The notes beneath the pieces were generated by a model that saw only the letters and a program-made list of their open reading frames with translations, did not search any database and was not told the origin of the DNA. Positions 61,501-64,000 of a DNA stretch of 64,000 bases are shown here, in pieces (the stretch's first letter is position 1; each line of letters starts with the position of its first letter). The position numbers and the translations under genes were made by a program. This stretch comes from Desulfobulbaceae bacterium (GTDB lineage: Bacteria > Desulfobacterota > Desulfobulbia > Desulfobulbales > SURF-16): contig PKTX01000068.1 in NCBI GenBank assembly GCA_002868945.1, forward strand, positions 4,505 to 68,504. Direction: 5' to 3'.

Positions 61501-64000
61501 TTATGTCTATGACGCAGCCGGCAGAAGAACCAAGCAGACGGTGACAGCCGGTGCCCTGAGCCAGACCAGCAGCTCAAGCTATGATAATGCCGGCCGCCTG
61601 CAAGATAGCATTGATGCGGCAGGTCTTGCCACCAGCCACAGCTATAGCGCTGACGGACTCACAACCATGGTGACCCGGCCAGGCGGTGCCACTGAGATCA
61701 CCGAGAACTATCCGGATGGTCAAATTAGGTCTATCACCGGCACAGGCGTCATCGCCCAGTACTATACATATACAATCAACAGCAATGGCAGCCGCACCAC
61801 CAAGGTCAATTCGGTTAATGAAACCTCGCCGCGCTGGCAGCAATCCACCGCTGATATGCTGGGTCGCACCATCCTGACTGAACAGCCCGGCGCCACGGCT
61901 GTGGAAAGCAGCGCCAGCTTCTACGATGATCTCGGTCGCCTGATCCGCACCACCACCACCGGCCAGCCTGATCGCCTCTACACATACGACGAGCTGGGTA
62001 ACCAGATCGCCTCCGGCCTTGACCTTGATACGTCCGGTGTCCTTGAAGAGGCCTCTGCTGACCGGATCAGCGCCACCATCAGCCAATATATCAAGATCGG
62101 TAGCGACTGGTGGCAGCAGTCCACAAGCCAGGTCTTTGCCACCACGGATGATGCCTCTGCCACCACCGTGGCCAGTCAGCGCAGCCGTGTCACCGGCCTT
62201 GGTGTAAACGGCCTCATCTCCGAGGCAGTAAGCATTGATATCCACGGAAATGAGACCATCAGTCGCAGCACCCTTGAGCGGTCCAGCCGTAAGGTGACAA
62301 GTGAAGTCACCTATCCTGATTCTGCAATGCCTGCCAGCCAGGTCAGTATCGGCGGCTACCTGCAATCAACAACCAGTAAAACCGATATCACCACCACCTT
62401 TGCCTACGACGATCTGGGCCGCCGCATCAGCACCACAGATCCGCGTACCGGAAGTAATACAACCCATTACGATGACAAGGGCAGGGTGGATTATGTTGAG
62501 GACGCTGCTGGCAACCGTATCAGCTTTGCTTACGATCAAAACACCGGCCGTAAGATCAGCCAGACCAATGCCGAGCAGAAGAGTACCTATTTCAGCTATG
62601 ATGAGCTGGGCCGCATTACCCATACCTGGGGCAGCGGTAGCTACCCTGTACAATACGTCTATGACGACTACGGTCAGCGTACTGAGATGCATACCTTCCG
62701 TGCTGAGAGCGGTTGGGATGCGCCCATGTGGCCTGCAACCACTGCTCCGGCAGACATCACCACCTGGCATTATGACGAGGCCAGCGGTCTGCTCCTGGCC
62801 AAGGAAGATGCCCTAGCCCAGCAGACCAACTACGCCTACATCACAGGCGGTCGTCTACTCACCAGGGCCTGGGCCCGCGCCAGCGGTAGCGTTACCACTA
62901 CCTATAATTATGATCCGCAAACAGCGGAGCTGACCCTCATAGATTACGCAGATAGCACCCCGGATATTAGCTTCAGCTATGACCGCTTGGGTCGCAAGAC
63001 TTCTGTGACCGACGGCTTGGGCGAGCGCACCTTCAGCTATACCCCGACCCTGCAGCTCGATAGCGAGGTGATTGTCGGCGGTGCATACGCTGCTACCCTG
63101 ACCAGACAGTACGACACCCTGGTGCCGGGCCGGCCAAATGGTATCATCCTGGATAGCGACTATCAGGTGACCTATGGCTTTGATGAGCTGGGTCGTTTTG
63201 ATAACCTGAGCTGGCAGCAGGGTACTCAGAGCGGTAGCAGCCAGTATGGTTATCTGGCTAACTCAAACCTCCTTGAGTCTGTCAGTAGCGAGGCAGGCGG
63301 TGTGGCTTATAGCACCAGCTACAGCTACGAGGCTAAGCGTAATCTCAAGACCGCTGTCAGCAACAAGGCAGATGCCACCACGGTCTCCGACTATCTCTAC
63401 GAGTATGACGCCCTGGGCCGCCGCAAGAACGTCAAGAACAGCGGTATAGCCTTTAATGCCGAGGCCTTCTCCGCCTATGACTATAATGATCGTAACGAGC
63501 TGATCGGCTCTGAGCGGTATCTGGGTACTGATATTGCCGATACCAGTCAGCCTGTTACTGACGAGAAGAGAAGCTACCAGTACGATGCTATTGGTAACCG
63601 CGAGCTTGCCAGCCTTGGTGACGGGGTAGGGCAGCAGGATATTGATTACACTGCCAATGCTGTGAACCAGTACGAGCAGGTGACTGGTGGCTCCATTACA
63701 GATCTGAGCTATGACGAGGATGGTAATCTGGTTGGTTACAGCAAGGATGGTAAAGCGCTAACACTTGTCTTCAATGCTGAGAATAGGTTGGTTGTTGTTG
63801 AGCCGGTTACTCCAGTGACTGGAGATAGCCGCTCTGAGTTTGCCTATGACTATATGGGCCGGAGGGTCAGTAAGGTTGTTTCCGGCTGGGATGGTAGTGG
63901 CTGGCAGCTTACTGACACTGGCTATTTTGTCTATGACGGCTGGAACCTGATTGCTGAGTTGGATGAGACTGGAGTAACCGAGGCTGCTTATGTTTGGGGC
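55577..64000 (+). CDS. Giant secreted transglutaminase-like / Ig-like / Rhs (YD-repeat) protein, partial (>2,800 aa)
   Basis: Manual translation MKSFMPRLHSLPFLFLLLLSLLQPVTSLAA-SF; GNDADQAALLVALLR..G.P.RYV.G, EHIWVE; DQYDNPV..V.VTF; many YD..GR repeats; ends YDGWNLIAELDETGVTEAAYVWG in the same frame; no terminated ORF in this frame appears in the track. Confidence 0.88.
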   Translation, partial: MKSFMPRLHSLPFLFLLLLSLLQPVTSLAASFDLEKEVQTSLGQMLRQTKKIQTRLAEGRPIAHEVSALKKRAAAMARQHEALQERFRSRGDAVNIHGLKIWQRHHEVFSRYQETMERILALIDLLPADGSVTAEEINTLHNLLNSVLPRKKQRILGTLPYRNLNYGAVAARTEPTIVPAYKGGNKVVAEPDLAGSPEAPISRPIAELAESLHWNPVEIYQWVKDNIKTEWYWGSMKGAEQTLLQKSGNDADQAALLVALLRSSGFPSRYVRGVIGFFPDMGRARQLLGIDSNQELAAFFQKAGIPFTIETVGGELVINIEHIWVESFIPTANYRGAVIDEHGKAWLAFDTAIKAEVSYSSLADTMSAFSFHDLIAGYLGSSRSESFSDYSRAAIVDYLANQAPESTFADHLLSATVEPERLELLPASLQFSQLAITGEYTSLPDDLIHQGRFVAQSASGAIFFDESLPLHQLSNQSIALTYEPETVEDQEVINSYGGLSNTPAYLIRLRPVLTVNGQRLFIGQGGMAAGEDFSFKVELVTPHGPETVENQVTCGNLVVLGLVSQQVVMPEELVNTRKGAERLLFEQALSYIESWNKAEQEQTALLQLQLSRPIPSLITMGGVLDVTYLFDTPYSYTWKGLFVDADLRAAETVSGLALQDGSETGTTFMRLAALAGSVEEHRVFEQGFGVDSISTAKILGLAAENGMEIITVDSSNMATVLPTLNLPTSVREDIENSIDQGLLVRIPANELSRNSWSGIGYIKEDRLSGEAGYMLAGLLAGGMTTPAPGDWSDYFIRDLLANPFSEAPNTNPDAVTALKVIHASDFQEGIVGQPLATPLQVIALDKDGLPVAGVTVTFSVQAGGGAFDAGYASKEVTVLTDSSGIAQAPFYLSKSTSENPAYRWMTTAVTHPYNIQSATNTNSPRVDASIIDAQTTSGIMVASPITALAFPDQPVKMVKLLGDNQSGALLTWLGPVIVSVQDQYDNPVSNVDVTFTIADPVEQTPCAKANQDSRPGLLVSVLDPCMSQVPVYGECGSPQLTFTSSDQGSPAQIILGAVPDAVYKVTASGAGLQQVFSATSLPFGNCDDQSFPEHNLVLKSIYLADDNGQTINAGQVGSSIPLQARMYFASEGMEERDVTFSCSPDKTCPVEYGNRTYSINTDFVSDSLTFNGQQASGGAGTAGLYSLDYQVPATPGKHTVAVQGTASTYFHTIPDVCTSCDEINEELSLDASASLEVYAVEVVTEPSLVVPVDPAGVLACDLRIDYEILPADYSAGSAYVIISDGEQELFHIPGDLQGQGFVTLSRGFPFEINKQYSATVVLNYGAGYSEVRSSTIPFELGQITIDALSLQDGKHAVMQGSDEVLLARTTPAGREVTYEIVAVTEEVEAEIFEGNKIKALPHSNNGYATVKVTDAEFPCIYELVDVPIGCQSCATEAGVMCKYNAKFNNGSIDAVFNIGAASNGGIAGSLILRAKQPSTLLAQPQGLRFSSLAGGETEVVVDPASGTVAQLIAPASLADIQVLSPFSYQISLYPISAKGDMVDGRYEIDQESVPITSWTIENPAQSDTDFGTLRITEERGKTYVSEYHWDEATNAWTLSQGNGQQLESKSESVNLDGDRVVTRIISDSQGVVASKTVTTYHYFPWGEEIISKVVDPDGAKLTTIYSYYEDIDQVGSYSRLRQVVNADGSWQRSEYDELGRTIREISNWLDAPATASAGEARMVSYDYTPVDPGDQDAPRFRMSPRTTTETILGTVVSKSFKAYIGDGLLSDRQEISEQCTTPTCSYGSADNQRTVTTYYLSNNVDPTTMRVHPSSGKVKSVLSADGQLTSYTYETGTFTTSGTPDQWAFTPGDGWDSRQIVTHGTQASPAGVAAKTTRSITISNRYKQTLFNETQVYTGSGYERLNWSANTLDDLGRIAKVERSDGTYTETAWGCCNKDSETDSQGNTTTYQYDNLRRLVSQERQGPNLSAITTDYVYDAAGRRTKQTVTAGALSQTSSSSYDNAGRLQDSIDAAGLATSHSYSADGLTTMVTRPGGATEITENYPDGQIRSITGTGVIAQYYTYTINSNGSRTTKVNSVNETSPRWQQSTADMLGRTILTEQPGATAVESSASFYDDLGRLIRTTTTGQPDRLYTYDELGNQIASGLDLDTSGVLEEASADRISATISQYIKIGSDWWQQSTSQVFATTDDASATTVASQRSRVTGLGVNGLISEAVSIDIHGNETISRSTLERSSRKVTSEVTYPDSAMPASQVSIGGYLQSTTSKTDITTTFAYDDLGRRISTTDPRTGSNTTHYDDKGRVDYVEDAAGNRISFAYDQNTGRKISQTNAEQKSTYFSYDELGRITHTWGSGSYPVQYVYDDYGQRTEMHTFRAESGWDAPMWPATTAPADITTWHYDEASGLLLAKEDALAQQTNYAYITGGRLLTRAWARASGSVTTTYNYDPQTAELTLIDYADSTPDISFSYDRLGRKTSVTDGLGERTFSYTPTLQLDSEVIVGGAYAATLTRQYDTLVPGRPNGIILDSDYQVTYGFDELGRFDNLSWQQGTQSGSSQYGYLANSNLLESVSSEAGGVAYSTSYSYEAKRNLKTAVSNKADATTVSDYLYEYDALGRRKNVKNSGIAFNAEAFSAYDYNDRNELIGSERYLGTDIADTSQPVTDEKRSYQYDAIGNRELASLGDGVGQQDIDYTANAVNQYEQVTGGSITDLSYDEDGNLVGYSKDGKALTLVFNAENRLVVVEPVTPVTGDSRSEFAYDYMGRRVSKVVSGWDGSGWQLTDTGYFVYDGWNLIAELDETGVTEAAYVWG

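Noticed and set aside
55637-62365. Minus-strand ORFs 55637-57205, 58541-59449, 59561-60340, 60476-61240 and 61574-62365
   Set aside because: They are antisense to the unterminated plus-strand Rhs ORF starting at 55577.

Overview
High-GC bacterial chromosome segment. Gene content and intergenic repeat style suggest Desulfobacterota (Desulfobulbales-like); this is an inference. Positions 1-38000 hold housekeeping and signalling genes: a partial MMPL transporter with a BigR/SqrR-type ArsR regulator, SAM hydroxide adenosyltransferase, divergent polysaccharide deacetylase, polyprenyl synthase, DinG-family helicase, PpiC foldase, LbH transferase, lon, mltG, rne, a radical SAM protein, ilvD, lptD, a DHH phosphoesterase, mltB, a sigma54 two-component pair, a REC-CheC-diguanylate cyclase cassette, a split RluA-like pair, a hybrid kinase and tdh-kbl. 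Intergenic spaces carry several MITE-like repeat families with nested micro-insertions, plus heptamer tandem arrays. Positions 38356-64000 hold the most unusual locus: two adjacent co-oriented giant genes, both with Sec-type signal peptides. The first is about 5,730 aa (zincin HExxH, prenyltransferase-like alpha/alpha repeats, CARDB, FlgD-like, two beta-propellers, Ig/FN3, discoidin-like, His/Cys-rich insert). The second exceeds 2,800 aa and is absent from the ORF track because it runs off the window; it joins a transglutaminase-like domain with Asp at the catalytic Cys position, invasin-type Ig domains and an Rhs/YD shell. All domain calls are from motif reading, with no database searches.
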